Shown here: positions 37,140 through 45,955 of the stretch, one piece after another
How the letters are laid out: each line of letters starts with the position of its first letter
Position numbering within the stretch: the first letter of the stretch is position 1
Source: an uncultured Lentisphaerota bacterium
GTDB taxonomy: Bacteria; Verrucomicrobiota; Kiritimatiellia; RFP12; UBA1067
Assembly: GCA_900321255.1 (NCBI GenBank)
Contig: ONVK01000001.1
Coordinates: 16,907-80,906, forward strand
Direction: 5' to 3'
Length of the DNA: 64,000 bases
Notes under the pieces: model-generated
The model's database searches: none
What the model was told of the DNA's origin: nothing
Seen by the model: the letters and a program-made list of their open reading frames with translations, nothing else
Program-made: the position numbers and the translations under genes

Positions 37140-37871
37140 ATGAACGCGCTTTTTGCCATTGTCGCGCTCGTCGCGGCCGCGGCGGCGACGAACAAGTCGC
37201 CGGAATGTCCGTCTTCCGTCCCGCCCGGCACGTGGCCGGACGGGAAGAAGGCGGCGTTCTACCTCTCGTTCGACGACGGCTGCCCTACGCAGACGAAGAA
37301 CGTCTTTCCGCTTCTCGAGAAGTACCGCATTCCAGGCACGTTCTATGTGTGCCCTGAATGGGATCTTTTCAAGAAATACGAGGCAGCGTGGTCGAACGCC
37401 AACGAGTACGTCTTCCTCGGCAACCACACGATGACCCACGGCAAGATTCCCGACAAGGCGGCACTTGACAAGGAACTTGCGGGGTGCAACGCTGCGATAG
37501 CGCGACTGCGCCCAGGCCAGAAGGGGCCAATCTCCTTCGCGATTCCATCTGCGGAGTCTATGCACAGTGTACTCGAGATAACCGACGAGGAAATCGCCGA
37601 GACATACAAGCGCCACAACCTCGTGGAGCGCTGGCTCTGGCACGGATATCCCGTCCAGTGCAAGACCATCCCCGAGATGGAGGCGTATGTCGACGAGGTC
37701 ATCGAGTCGGGCGGCGTCGGGCATATGGACTTCCACGGCGTTGGGGGCGATTGGCTTGATCCGGGGCTCGAGTACTTCGAGGCCCTGATGAAGAAACTGG
37801 ATTCACGGCGCAGCGAACTGTGGTTCGCAACTCATATCCAGATCTACGAGCGGCTGAACCGGAAAAAATAA
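37140..37871 (+). CDS. polysaccharide deacetylase (NodB-domain) family protein
   Basis: LSFDDG, FYV and LGNHTMTHG motifs of CE4 deacetylases. Signal peptide present. Confidence 0.7.
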   Translation: MNALFAIVALVAAAAATNKSPECPSSVPPGTWPDGKKAAFYLSFDDGCPTQTKNVFPLLEKYRIPGTFYVCPEWDLFKKYEAAWSNANEYVFLGNHTMTHGKIPDKAALDKELAGCNAAIARLRPGQKGPISFAIPSAESMHSVLEITDEEIAETYKRHNLVERWLWHGYPVQCKTIPEMEAYVDEVIESGGVGHMDFHGVGGDWLDPGLEYFEALMKKLDSRRSELWFATHIQIYERLNRKK

Positions 37872-37886
37872 AAAAACAGGAAATTG

Positions 37887-37913
37887 CCCCCTTGCGTTCG
37901 CAAGGGGGTTTTT
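37887..37913 (+). terminator. intrinsic terminator
   Basis: CCCCCTTG-CGTTCG-CAAGGGGG hairpin followed by TTTTT. The U-tract overlaps the TTTTGG of the next promoter. Confidence 0.6.
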
Positions 37914-37921
37914 GGTATACT
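37913..37921 (+). promoter_or_regulatory. extended -10 promoter TGGTATACT for tRNA-Ala/tRNA-Arg
   Basis: TTTTTGGTATACT 20 nt upstream of tRNA-Ala. Confidence 0.45.
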
Positions 37922-37941
37922 ATATGCCGTTTCCACGGATT

Positions 37942-38017
37942 GGGGAAGTAGCTCAGTTGGTAGAGCATCACGTTCGCAACGTGGGGGTCGAGAGTTCGAA
38001 TCTCTTCTTCTCCACCA
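37942..38017 (+). tRNA. tRNA-Ala (anticodon CGC)
   Basis: Acceptor GGGGAAG/CTTCTCC (G3-U70 wobble typical of tRNA-Ala), anticodon loop TTCGCAA, T-arm GAGAGTTCGAATCTCTT, encoded CCA. Confidence 0.85.
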
Positions 38018-38036
38018 TCCTTTCCGGAGGCTACGT

Positions 38037-38113
38037 GGGACTGTAGCTCAACTGGACAGAGCGACGGTTTCCTAAACCGTAGGTTCCGGGTTCGATTCCC
38101 GGCAGTCCCACCA
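38037..38113 (+). tRNA. tRNA-Arg (anticodon CCT)
   Basis: Acceptor GGGACTG/CAGTCCC, anticodon stem ACGGT/ACCGT with loop TTCCTAA, T-arm CCGGGTTCGATTCCCGG, encoded CCA. Confidence 0.85.
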
Positions 38114-38149
38114 ATGATGCCGGCTCCCCGGCAGAAGGAATATGATAGA

Positions 38150-38749
38150 ATGAACATCGTCTGCCTGGATCTCGAAGGCGTCCTCGTGCCGGAGATATGG
38201 ATTGCGTTCGCCGAGAAGACGGGGATTCCCGAATTCCGCCGCACCACGCGCGACGAACCCGACTACGACAAGCTCATGCACTACCGCATCGACCTCCTCG
38301 ACAAGTATGGGCTCAAGCTTCCGCAGATACAGGATGTGATCGGCTCCATGCGCCCGCTCATCGGCGCGGAGGAGTTCCTCGACCAGCTCCGCGAGCGGAC
38401 CCAGGTGCTCATTCTCTCCGACACTTTCGACCAGTTCTCGCGTCCGCTCATGAAGAAGCTCAACTGGCCCGCGATCTTCTGCAATTCGCTCACTGTTTCC
38501 GATGACGGCCGCATCACGGGCTACAAGATGCGCTGCCCGCAGTCGAAGCTCACGACCGTGAAGGCCCTGCAGAGCTGCGGTTTCGACACGATAGCCGCAG
38601 GCGACAGCTTCAACGACCTCGGCATGATCCGCGCGTCGAAGGCAGGTTTCCTTTTCCGCTCGACCGACGCGATAAAGAAGGCCAACCCCGACATTCCGGC
38701 GTTCGAGACGTACGACGACTTCCTGAACGCGATTTTCGCCGCGCTCTGA
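38150..38749 (+). CDS. thrH: HAD-family phosphoserine phosphatase / homoserine phosphotransferase (ThrH-like)
   Basis: MNIVCLDLEGVLVPEIWIAFAEKTGI...TTRDEPDYDKLM closely matches Pseudomonas ThrH (MEIACLDLEGVLVPEIWIAFAEKTGI). HAD motifs DxD and AAGDSFND. Confidence 0.75.
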   Translation: MNIVCLDLEGVLVPEIWIAFAEKTGIPEFRRTTRDEPDYDKLMHYRIDLLDKYGLKLPQIQDVIGSMRPLIGAEEFLDQLRERTQVLILSDTFDQFSRPLMKKLNWPAIFCNSLTVSDDGRITGYKMRCPQSKLTTVKALQSCGFDTIAAGDSFNDLGMIRASKAGFLFRSTDAIKKANPDIPAFETYDDFLNAIFAAL

Positions 38750-38753
38750 CGAA

Positions 38754-39686
38754 ATGATCTCCTCCCTACTTCTCGCGGCCGTTCCGTTCGTCTCGTTTCC
38801 AGCGCAGGGCGCGAGGCTTCCGGCGATCGACCATGTCTATCTGGCCGGCGCAGTTGCGAAGGGCGATACGAACGTCGTCGTCAACGGCGCAAATGTTCCT
38901 GTCTACCGCACTGGCGCGTGGGTGACGCTAATTGAGACGGCCGAGGGGTCGAACGACGTCTCGATAGTGTCGCAGTCTGGCGAGGCGACGAATGTCTGGT
39001 TCAAGATCGCGAAAAAGCCCGTTGCGGACCCAAACGCGAAGAGCGCGCCGGAGAAGGTGTGGAAGAAGCTCGACTACGCGAAGGACGAAGCGAAGGAGCC
39101 GCCCACGAACAGGGCGCCGAACGAGGTGACGATCGTCGTAGACGCGGGGCATGGAGGCGACGACACCGGCGCGAGGAGCCCGCACGGTTTTTTCGAGAAG
39201 GACGCGAACCTCCTCGTCGCCGAACAGCTCAGGGCGGCGCTTTTGGCTCGCGGCTACAATGTCGTGATGACGCGCGAGACCGATGTGTTCATTCCCCTCT
39301 ACGACCGTCCGAAGGCGGCGCATACGAATGACGCCGACGCGTTCGTGTCGATCCACCACAATGCGCCGCCCTACGACAAGGACCCGAATCTCCTGCGCTA
39401 CCACACGGTCTATTCGTGGAATCCGATAGGCGAGGCGCTTGCGACGGCCATCAACGCCGAGATGGCTGCGGCGCTTGGCGACACCCTAAAGTCGAACGGC
39501 CCGATGCACGCCAACTTCGCCGTTACGCGCAATCCCGAGATACCGAGCTGTCTCGTGGAGGTCGATTTCGTCACTTCGCCCGCAGGCGAGGAGGCAATAT
39601 GGAATGCCGCGCGCCGGCGCGTTGTCGCAGAGGCGATAGCCGCAGGCATCGACGCGTGGCGCAGGGGATCAACGAAGGACAGGTAA
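38754..39686 (+). CDS. N-acetylmuramoyl-L-alanine amidase (Amidase_3)
   Basis: IVVDAGHGGDDTGA, MTRETD and SIHHNA zinc-amidase motifs, with an N-terminal signal. Confidence 0.75.
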   Translation: MISSLLLAAVPFVSFPAQGARLPAIDHVYLAGAVAKGDTNVVVNGANVPVYRTGAWVTLIETAEGSNDVSIVSQSGEATNVWFKIAKKPVADPNAKSAPEKVWKKLDYAKDEAKEPPTNRAPNEVTIVVDAGHGGDDTGARSPHGFFEKDANLLVAEQLRAALLARGYNVVMTRETDVFIPLYDRPKAAHTNDADAFVSIHHNAPPYDKDPNLLRYHTVYSWNPIGEALATAINAEMAAALGDTLKSNGPMHANFAVTRNPEIPSCLVEVDFVTSPAGEEAIWNAARRRVVAEAIAAGIDAWRRGSTKDR

Positions 39687-39687
39687 A

Positions 39688-41253
39688 ATGAAATTCGAAC
39701 TTCTCGTCAAGCTTTCGCTTCTCGCCGCATACTTTGCGGCCCTCATCTGGATCGGCTTCAAATGCCGCCTCGGCGCGGGGTCGGTCGACGGTTTCGTTCT
39801 CGGCGGGAGGTCCGTCGGCGCGTGGCTCACGGCGTTCGCCTACGGCACAAGCTACTTCTCGGCCGTCGTCTTCGTCGGCTACGCCGGGCAGTTCGGCTGG
39901 AAATACGGCATCTCCTCGACATGGGTCGGCATCGGCAACGCGCTTGTTGGCTCGCTTCTCGCGTGGATAATCCTTGGCCGCCGCACGAGGCTTCTGACGC
40001 AGCACCTCGACTCGGCCACAATGCCCGACTTCTTCGCGAAGCGCTTCGACTCCTCGTCGCTCAAGCTCGCCGCGTCGGCGATCATCTTCGTGTTCCTCAT
40101 CCCCTACACGGCGTCGCTCTACAACGGCCTCTCGCGTCTCTTCTCGATGGCGTTCCCGGGTTTCTCCTATTCCGCGTGCATCGTCGTGATGGCGGTTCTC
40201 ACGGCGATCTACGTGATCGCCGGCGGCTACCTCGCGACCGCGATCAACGACTTCATCCAGGGGCTCATCATGCTCGGCGGCCTCGTCGCCCTGATTGGCG
40301 CGGTGCTTTCGTCGAAAGGCGGCTTTGCCGCCGCTCTCGACGGGCTCGCGCGCGTCACCGACCCCTCCGTTACGACAACGCCCGGCATCTTCACGTCTTT
40401 CTTCGGCCCCGATCCCCTTAGCCTGCTCTTCGTCGTGATACTGACCTCCCTCGGAACTTGGGGTCTTCCGCAGATGGTCCAGAAGTTCTATGCGATCAAG
40501 AACGAGGACGCGATCAGGAAAGGCACCGTGATCTCGACGCTCTTCGCCTTCGTCGTCGCGGGCGGCTGCTATTTCCTCGGCGGCTTCGGGCGGCTCTTCG
40601 GCGACAGGGTCGACGTCGCGAAAGAGGGCTTTGACGCGATAATCCCCGCGATGCTCTCAGGCCTCGGCCCGGGGCTCATTGCGCTGACGGTAATCCTCGT
40701 CCTTTCCGCATCGATGTCGACGCTGTCCTCGCTCGTCATGACTTCGAGCTCGACGCTTACGATCGACTTCATCCGCGGGACTATCGTCAAGGACATGACG
40801 CAGAAGAAGCAGGTTCTCTGCATCCGCGTTCTCCTCGTTGTCTTCATCGCAGTCAGCGCGGCTCTCGCGCTCGTGCAGTACAACAGCAAGAATCCGATTG
40901 CGTTCATCGCGCAGATGATGGGCATCTCGTGGGGCGCGATGGCGGGGTCGTTCCTCGCGCCGTTCCTCTATTCGCTCTACTGGAAGGGGACGACCAAGGC
41001 GGCGTGCTGGGCGTGCTTCGTGTTTGCCGTCGTCCTCACGACGGCGAACGTCTTCGGCTGGAAGCCGGAGCTATGGCCCGGCACGAAGATGAACCCGATC
41101 CACTCTGGCGCGATCGCGATGCTTGCGGGCTTCGTCATCGTCCCGGTCGTGAGCTGGCTCACGAAGGCGCCCGACCGCCGCTTCACCGACGCGCTCTTCG
41201 CGTGCTACGACCGTCCGCGCCAGGTCACGGCTAAGACCGACCTCGGCGACTGA
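39688..41253 (+). CDS. sodium:solute symporter family transporter
   Basis: 521 aa with 13-14 TM segments and SSS-family motifs (GGRSVGAW, conserved Gly/Pro pattern). Confidence 0.75.
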   Translation: MKFELLVKLSLLAAYFAALIWIGFKCRLGAGSVDGFVLGGRSVGAWLTAFAYGTSYFSAVVFVGYAGQFGWKYGISSTWVGIGNALVGSLLAWIILGRRTRLLTQHLDSATMPDFFAKRFDSSSLKLAASAIIFVFLIPYTASLYNGLSRLFSMAFPGFSYSACIVVMAVLTAIYVIAGGYLATAINDFIQGLIMLGGLVALIGAVLSSKGGFAAALDGLARVTDPSVTTTPGIFTSFFGPDPLSLLFVVILTSLGTWGLPQMVQKFYAIKNEDAIRKGTVISTLFAFVVAGGCYFLGGFGRLFGDRVDVAKEGFDAIIPAMLSGLGPGLIALTVILVLSASMSTLSSLVMTSSSTLTIDFIRGTIVKDMTQKKQVLCIRVLLVVFIAVSAALALVQYNSKNPIAFIAQMMGISWGAMAGSFLAPFLYSLYWKGTTKAACWACFVFAVVLTTANVFGWKPELWPGTKMNPIHSGAIAMLAGFVIVPVVSWLTKAPDRRFTDALFACYDRPRQVTAKTDLGD

Positions 41254-41256
41254 TCT

Positions 41257-42396
41257 ATGGCGCTTCTGAACGAGACCCCTCAGGCAAACCGCGTTCGCAT
41301 CGCATTCTTCGGACTGCGCAACGCGGGCAAGTCTACGCTCGTAAACGCCTTCACTGGCCAGGATCTCGCAATCGTCTCCGATACTCCAGGCACGACGACG
41401 GACCCTGTCTCGAAGGCGATGGAGATTCTTCCTCTCGGGCCATGCCTCATCACCGACACTGCAGGGCTCGACGACGAGGGTGAGCTTGGGGAGCTTCGCG
41501 TAAAGAAGACTCTGGGCGTTCTCGAGATCACCGACATCGCAATCTGGGTAGAGACGCCGCACGACGCCGACCGCGCCGACTTGCGCGAGCTTTTCCTCGG
41601 GGAGTGCCGTCGCCGAAACGTCGTGGTGCTTGACTACAGGCGCGGCGATTCTGTCAACGAACTCAAGCAGAAGATCGCTGGTATCAAGCTTGCCGATGTC
41701 GTACCTGGTCTTCTCGACGGTCTTGTAGAAAAAGGCGACCGCGTAATTTGCGTCTGCCCGATCGACGAGTCCGCGCCGAAGGGGCGAATTATCCTCCCGC
41801 AGGTGCAGCTTATCCGCGACTGTCTCGATCGCCATGCGACGAGTATAGTCTGCCAGCCAGCGGAACTCCCCGCCGCGCTTGATTGCGCAGGAGCAGGTGC
41901 GCTCGTCGTCACCGATTCACAGGCGTTTGGCGAGGTGCGGCGAGCGGTTGAAGGGCATGATGTCCGCCTGACTTCGTTCTCGATTCTCTTTGCGAGGCAG
42001 AAGGGCGATCTTGCCGAGTTCCTGAAAGGCGTCGCGGCTGTCAAGAATCTCAAGGACGGCGACACTGTGCTTATAGCCGAGGGCTGCACGCACCACCGCC
42101 AGTGCAACGACATTGGCGCAGTGAAGATACCGAAGGCGCTCGCGAAGCTTTCCGGCGGGAAGAAGCTCAACTTCGTCTTTTCGTCCGGTGCAACATTCGG
42201 GCTTTCGGACCGTTCCGGAATCGCCCTTGTCGTCCACTGCGGCGGATGCATGCTGACGCGGCGCGAGGTCCTGCTGCGCATCGACTGCGCGAAGGAGGCG
42301 GGCGTCCCGATCGTGAACTACGGCATCCTTCTCGCCGCCGCGAACGGTCTTTCCGATGTCTCCGAAATCGGAATCGTCGCATCTTCTATAAGTTAA
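41257..42396 (+). CDS. hydF: [FeFe]-hydrogenase maturation GTPase HydF
   Basis: N-terminal GTPase (GLRNAGKSTLVNAF, DTPG, D-box) and a C-terminal HydF domain with CxH...HC Fe-S ligands (CTHHRQCNDIG, HCGGC). Confidence 0.7.
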   Translation: MALLNETPQANRVRIAFFGLRNAGKSTLVNAFTGQDLAIVSDTPGTTTDPVSKAMEILPLGPCLITDTAGLDDEGELGELRVKKTLGVLEITDIAIWVETPHDADRADLRELFLGECRRRNVVVLDYRRGDSVNELKQKIAGIKLADVVPGLLDGLVEKGDRVICVCPIDESAPKGRIILPQVQLIRDCLDRHATSIVCQPAELPAALDCAGAGALVVTDSQAFGEVRRAVEGHDVRLTSFSILFARQKGDLAEFLKGVAAVKNLKDGDTVLIAEGCTHHRQCNDIGAVKIPKALAKLSGGKKLNFVFSSGATFGLSDRSGIALVVHCGGCMLTRREVLLRIDCAKEAGVPIVNYGILLAAANGLSDVSEIGIVASSIS

Positions 42397-42441
42397 TATG
42401 GAAACAACAGAAACAACGTGTAAAAACAACATCATCTTTCC

Positions 42442-42510
42442 CGCCGCGAAACCTCGCGGCGTTCTTGAACCGGCGGGCGCGTTGCCCGCCGTAAAAGAAG
42501 TTGTTTTTAT
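42442..42510 (+). terminator. putative terminator / dyad-symmetric structured region after hydF
   Basis: Two GC hairpins (CGCCGCGA-AACC-TCGCGGCG and CCGGCGGGC-GCGTT-GCCCGCCG), then TTGTTTTTAT. The whole is flanked by an approximately 30-nt imperfect inverted repeat (GAAACAACAGAAACAAC... / ...GTTGTTTTTATCAGTTGTT). Confidence 0.35.
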
Positions 42511-42560
42511 CAGTTGTTAATGTTGTTTTATTCAAAACATGCCAGAACAGGAAATCTAAA

Positions 42561-43376
42561 ATGACCGATTTGTCCGAAATCCTCGATGGTGTCCGCGGCA
42601 AGATCGCCGCGGCGTGTGCGCGTGTCGGACGCGACCCTAACGAAGTCGAAATCGTCGCCGTCACCAAGACCCACGGCGCGGAGGTAGTGAAGGAGGCGTG
42701 GGACGCCGGGCTTACGATCGTCGGCGAAAACAAGGTGCAGGAGGCGGCGTGGAAAAAGCCAGCGAGCGTCTCCGGTCCGTCGTGGCACCTGATAGGCCAC
42801 CTCCAGTCGAACAAGGTTCGCCACGCGCTTGAGATCTTCGACTTCATCCACTCCGTCGATTCGATAAAGCTCGCGGACAGGATCAACTTCATTGCCGACG
42901 AAATCGGCGCGTCGCCACATATCCTTCTTGAAGTAAACGTCTCCGGCGAGAAGTCGAAGAGCGGCATGAAGCCAGAAGAGGTCGAGCCGACCATCAAGCA
43001 CATCGTCGAGTCGTGCCCACGAATCACTCTTGAGGGGCTTATGACTATGGCTCCGTTTAGCGAGAATCCCGAAGACGCGAGGCCGTATTTCCGCAGGCTG
43101 CGCGAGATGCGCGACGACCTCGAGTCGCGGCTTGGCGTCGGGCTTCCGCGCCTTTCGATGGGTATGAGCGGAGACTACGAAGTCGCCGTCGAGGAAGGCG
43201 CGACATGGGTCAGGCTTGGCACGGTGCTCTTTGGCGAGAGGCCAAAGGTCAAGCGTGTCGCCGCGTCGGAGGGCGACGACGGCACGACGCCGGGCGGCGA
43301 CACCGATACATACGCTGGCTTCGGCGGCCTTGATTCTTACTCTGGCGCCGGCCCGACGGCCAAAGTGCTGGACTGA
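42561..43376 (+). CDS. yggS: YggS-family pyridoxal-phosphate homeostasis protein
   Basis: VAVTKTH (PLP lysine), HLIGHLQSNK and LSMGMSGD motifs. Has an unusual roughly 40-aa Gly/Asp-rich C-terminal extension. Confidence 0.8.
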   Translation: MTDLSEILDGVRGKIAAACARVGRDPNEVEIVAVTKTHGAEVVKEAWDAGLTIVGENKVQEAAWKKPASVSGPSWHLIGHLQSNKVRHALEIFDFIHSVDSIKLADRINFIADEIGASPHILLEVNVSGEKSKSGMKPEEVEPTIKHIVESCPRITLEGLMTMAPFSENPEDARPYFRRLREMRDDLESRLGVGLPRLSMGMSGDYEVAVEEGATWVRLGTVLFGERPKVKRVAASEGDDGTTPGGDTDTYAGFGGLDSYSGAGPTAKVLD

Positions 43377-45946
43377 TGTTCCCAGTTGAAGAGAAGATAG
43401 ATGATATTCGTCGCGCGCTCGCGGCGAACAGGGATGTTGTCCTCACTGCGCCTCCCGGAAGCGGCAAGACTACTTGCGTGCCGCCGGCGCTCTTGGATGA
43501 GCCGTGGCTTGTGGGCAAGAAGATCGTCATGCTTGAACCGCGGCGGCTTGCCGCGCGCAACTGCGCGGCCTACATCGCGCGTAGACGCGGCGAGGCGGTT
43601 GGAGGCACCGTCGGCTACCAGGTGCGGCTTGAGCGCAAGATTTCCGCGGCAACGCGGCTTGAGATCGTGACGGAAGGGCTGCTCACTCAGCGTCTTCTTT
43701 CAGACCCGGAGCTTTCGGATGTCGGGCTCGTGATCTTCGATGAATTCCACGAGCGCTCGCTCCCCTGCGACACCGCGTTTGCGCTCGCGCTCGAAGTGCG
43801 ACGTGCGCTTAGGCCGGATCTTCGCATCCTTGTCATGTCAGCGACGCTCGACGCCGATGAAGTCGCCGCGCATCTCGGTGACGCCGACATCATTCGCGCC
43901 GAAGGGCGCATGTTTCCTGTTGAGACAAATTACCTTGGCGACATGTCGATGACGGCGGCGATATCGAAGGCACTGAAGGAAACGGATGGCGACATGCTTT
44001 GCTTTCTGCCGGGAGAGGGCGAGATAAGGCGCGTGCAGGAGGCGGTTGGCGCAGTGCGCGATGTCGATGTTCTTCCGCTCTACGGCAGTCTCCCCAAGGA
44101 AGAGCAGGACAGGGTATTTGAGCGCGGCGGACGGCGCAAGGTCATTCTCGCTACGTCGATCGCCGAGACTTCGGTTACGATCGAGGGCATTTCGACGGTG
44201 ATCGACTCGGGGCTTATGCGTGTGCCGCGCTTTCGCCCTGCGTCCGGGATGTCGGGGCTTGTGACTTTGCCGCTCACGCAAGACCGCGCAGAGCAGCGCA
44301 GAGGTCGCGCGGGGCGCTTGCGCGCGGGAGTTTGCTATCGGCTCTGGAGCGAGGGCGAGCAGCAGTCGCGTCCAAAGAAGATGATGCCAGAGATACTTGA
44401 CGCCGACCTTTGCTCGCTCGTTCTGACAAGCGCGGCGTGGGGTGCGCTTGGGCGCGAGGATCTGCCGTGGATGACACCGCCACCTGCGTCGAACTGGGAT
44501 CAGGCGGTAGGGCTTCTCAAGATGCTTGGTGCGCTTGATGGCGACGGACGGCTCACGAAGAAGGGCGAGGCGATGGCGAAGCTCCCGATGCATCCAAGGT
44601 TGGCGAATATGGTGATTGGTGGTAGCCGTATAGAAGGGGTTGGTGAGGCGTCGCTGCTGGCGGCGATTGTAGAAGAGGGGAATAGAAGCCGCGAGACGGA
44701 TATTAGGAAGATTGCCGAGGAGATCAGGGAGACGCCGAACCGTCCGTTTTCGAAAAGGGTGCTTCAGTTGGCACGGCGGTTTAACAAAGGGTCAGACCCC
44801 TCTGACACAGTAGCTGATACAGCTAAAGCTGCAATCAGCTACTGCAGTCAGAAAGGTCTGACCCTAGAAGGCTCTCTTCTTGCGCTTGCGTATCCTGACA
44901 GGGTTGCGAAGAACCGGGGAAATGGAACGTTCCGCATGGTGTCTGGGCGCGGCGCATTCCTCGACCAGTCCGATCCGCTTGCGAAGTCGCCTTATCTCGT
45001 CTGCTGCGAGCTCGACGACCGCGCGGGCGATGCGAAGGTCTTTCTTGGCTGTCCCATTGGCGAGGACGAGATCGAAGACCTCTTCGGCGATCGCATAACC
45101 GAGGAGCCGTACTGCGCGTGGGACAGGCAGAACGACCGCGTGAAGAGCGTCGTTCGCCGCAAGCTTGGCGAGATGACCCTTGGGGAGAAGCCGCTCTCGG
45201 CGGCAGACTCGCGCCACTCGGTGGACGTCGACGCAAGGATATCGGCGGCGCTTCTTGATGGCATTCGCCAGAAGGGAGTCGAGAATCTTCCCTGCTGGAC
45301 GAAGGAGTCGCGGCAATTCCGCGCAAGAATGGCGTTTTTGTCGCGGGTTTCTGGAAAAGGGTCAGACCCCTCTGACACAGTAACTGACACAGCTAAAGCT
45401 GCAGTCAGCTACTGCAGTCAGAAGGGTCTGACCCTAGACGCCAATAAAAATGGGGGTGAGTGGCCAAATCCAACTGATGGGGCGATTCTTGCCGCGTTGC
45501 CTGGTTTCATCGGCGGGATGACGAAGTGGAAGGATTTGGAGCGGCTTGACCTCTTTTCGGTCTTTGACTTTATGCTCGCGGAAGCGGGGCATGATAGGCG
45601 CGAGCTCGATCGTCTTGCGCCTACGCGCATGGAGGTTCCGAGCGGCAGCCACATGCTGATTCACTACGAGGGTGACGAACCGACGTGCGAAGTGCGGCTT
45701 CAGGAATGTTTCGGGCTTATGGAGACGCCGAAGGTCGCAGGCGGGAAAGTTCCTGTCGTAATGACGCTTCTTTCGCCTGCACAGCGGCCAATCCAGATAA
45801 CGAAAGACCTTGCGGGATTCTGGCGAGAAGGGTACCAGCTTGTCCGCAAGGACATGCGTGGCCGCTACCCGAAGCACTATTGGCCGGAAGACCCGTTCAC
45901 CGCCGTCGCGACACGTCGCACCGTCAAGCGTGCTGGCCAGGCCTGA
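43376..45946 (+). CDS. hrpB: ATP-dependent RNA helicase HrpB (with two in-frame 27-codon palindromic insertions)
   Basis: DEAH-box helicase motifs (GSGKTT, DEFHER, SAT), the HA2 and C-terminal HrpB domains. 856 aa versus about 809 typical; the excess is accounted for by two copies of KGSDPSDTV.DTAKAA.SYCSQKGLTL. Confidence 0.85.
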   Translation: MFPVEEKIDDIRRALAANRDVVLTAPPGSGKTTCVPPALLDEPWLVGKKIVMLEPRRLAARNCAAYIARRRGEAVGGTVGYQVRLERKISAATRLEIVTEGLLTQRLLSDPELSDVGLVIFDEFHERSLPCDTAFALALEVRRALRPDLRILVMSATLDADEVAAHLGDADIIRAEGRMFPVETNYLGDMSMTAAISKALKETDGDMLCFLPGEGEIRRVQEAVGAVRDVDVLPLYGSLPKEEQDRVFERGGRRKVILATSIAETSVTIEGISTVIDSGLMRVPRFRPASGMSGLVTLPLTQDRAEQRRGRAGRLRAGVCYRLWSEGEQQSRPKKMMPEILDADLCSLVLTSAAWGALGREDLPWMTPPPASNWDQAVGLLKMLGALDGDGRLTKKGEAMAKLPMHPRLANMVIGGSRIEGVGEASLLAAIVEEGNRSRETDIRKIAEEIRETPNRPFSKRVLQLARRFNKGSDPSDTVADTAKAAISYCSQKGLTLEGSLLALAYPDRVAKNRGNGTFRMVSGRGAFLDQSDPLAKSPYLVCCELDDRAGDAKVFLGCPIGEDEIEDLFGDRITEEPYCAWDRQNDRVKSVVRRKLGEMTLGEKPLSAADSRHSVDVDARISAALLDGIRQKGVENLPCWTKESRQFRARMAFLSRVSGKGSDPSDTVTDTAKAAVSYCSQKGLTLDANKNGGEWPNPTDGAILAALPGFIGGMTKWKDLERLDLFSVFDFMLAEAGHDRRELDRLAPTRMEVPSGSHMLIHYEGDEPTCEVRLQECFGLMETPKVAGGKVPVVMTLLSPAQRPIQITKDLAGFWREGYQLVRKDMRGRYPKHYWPEDPFTAVATRRTVKRAGQA
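44786..44866 (+). repeat. 81-bp near-perfect palindromic element inserted in-frame in hrpB (copy 1)
   Basis: AAAGGGTCAGACC...CTGACACAGTAGCTGAT-ACAGCTAAAGCTGCA-ATCAGCTACTGCAGTCAG...GGTCTGACCCTAG. Arms are mutually complementary; 27 codons. Confidence 0.8.
45356..45436 (+). repeat. 81-bp palindromic element inserted in-frame in hrpB (copy 2, same orientation, 570 bp downstream)
   Basis: About 94% identical to copy 1 and encodes the same 26-27 aa peptide. Confidence 0.8.
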
Positions 45947-45955
45947 CGCAGGGTT

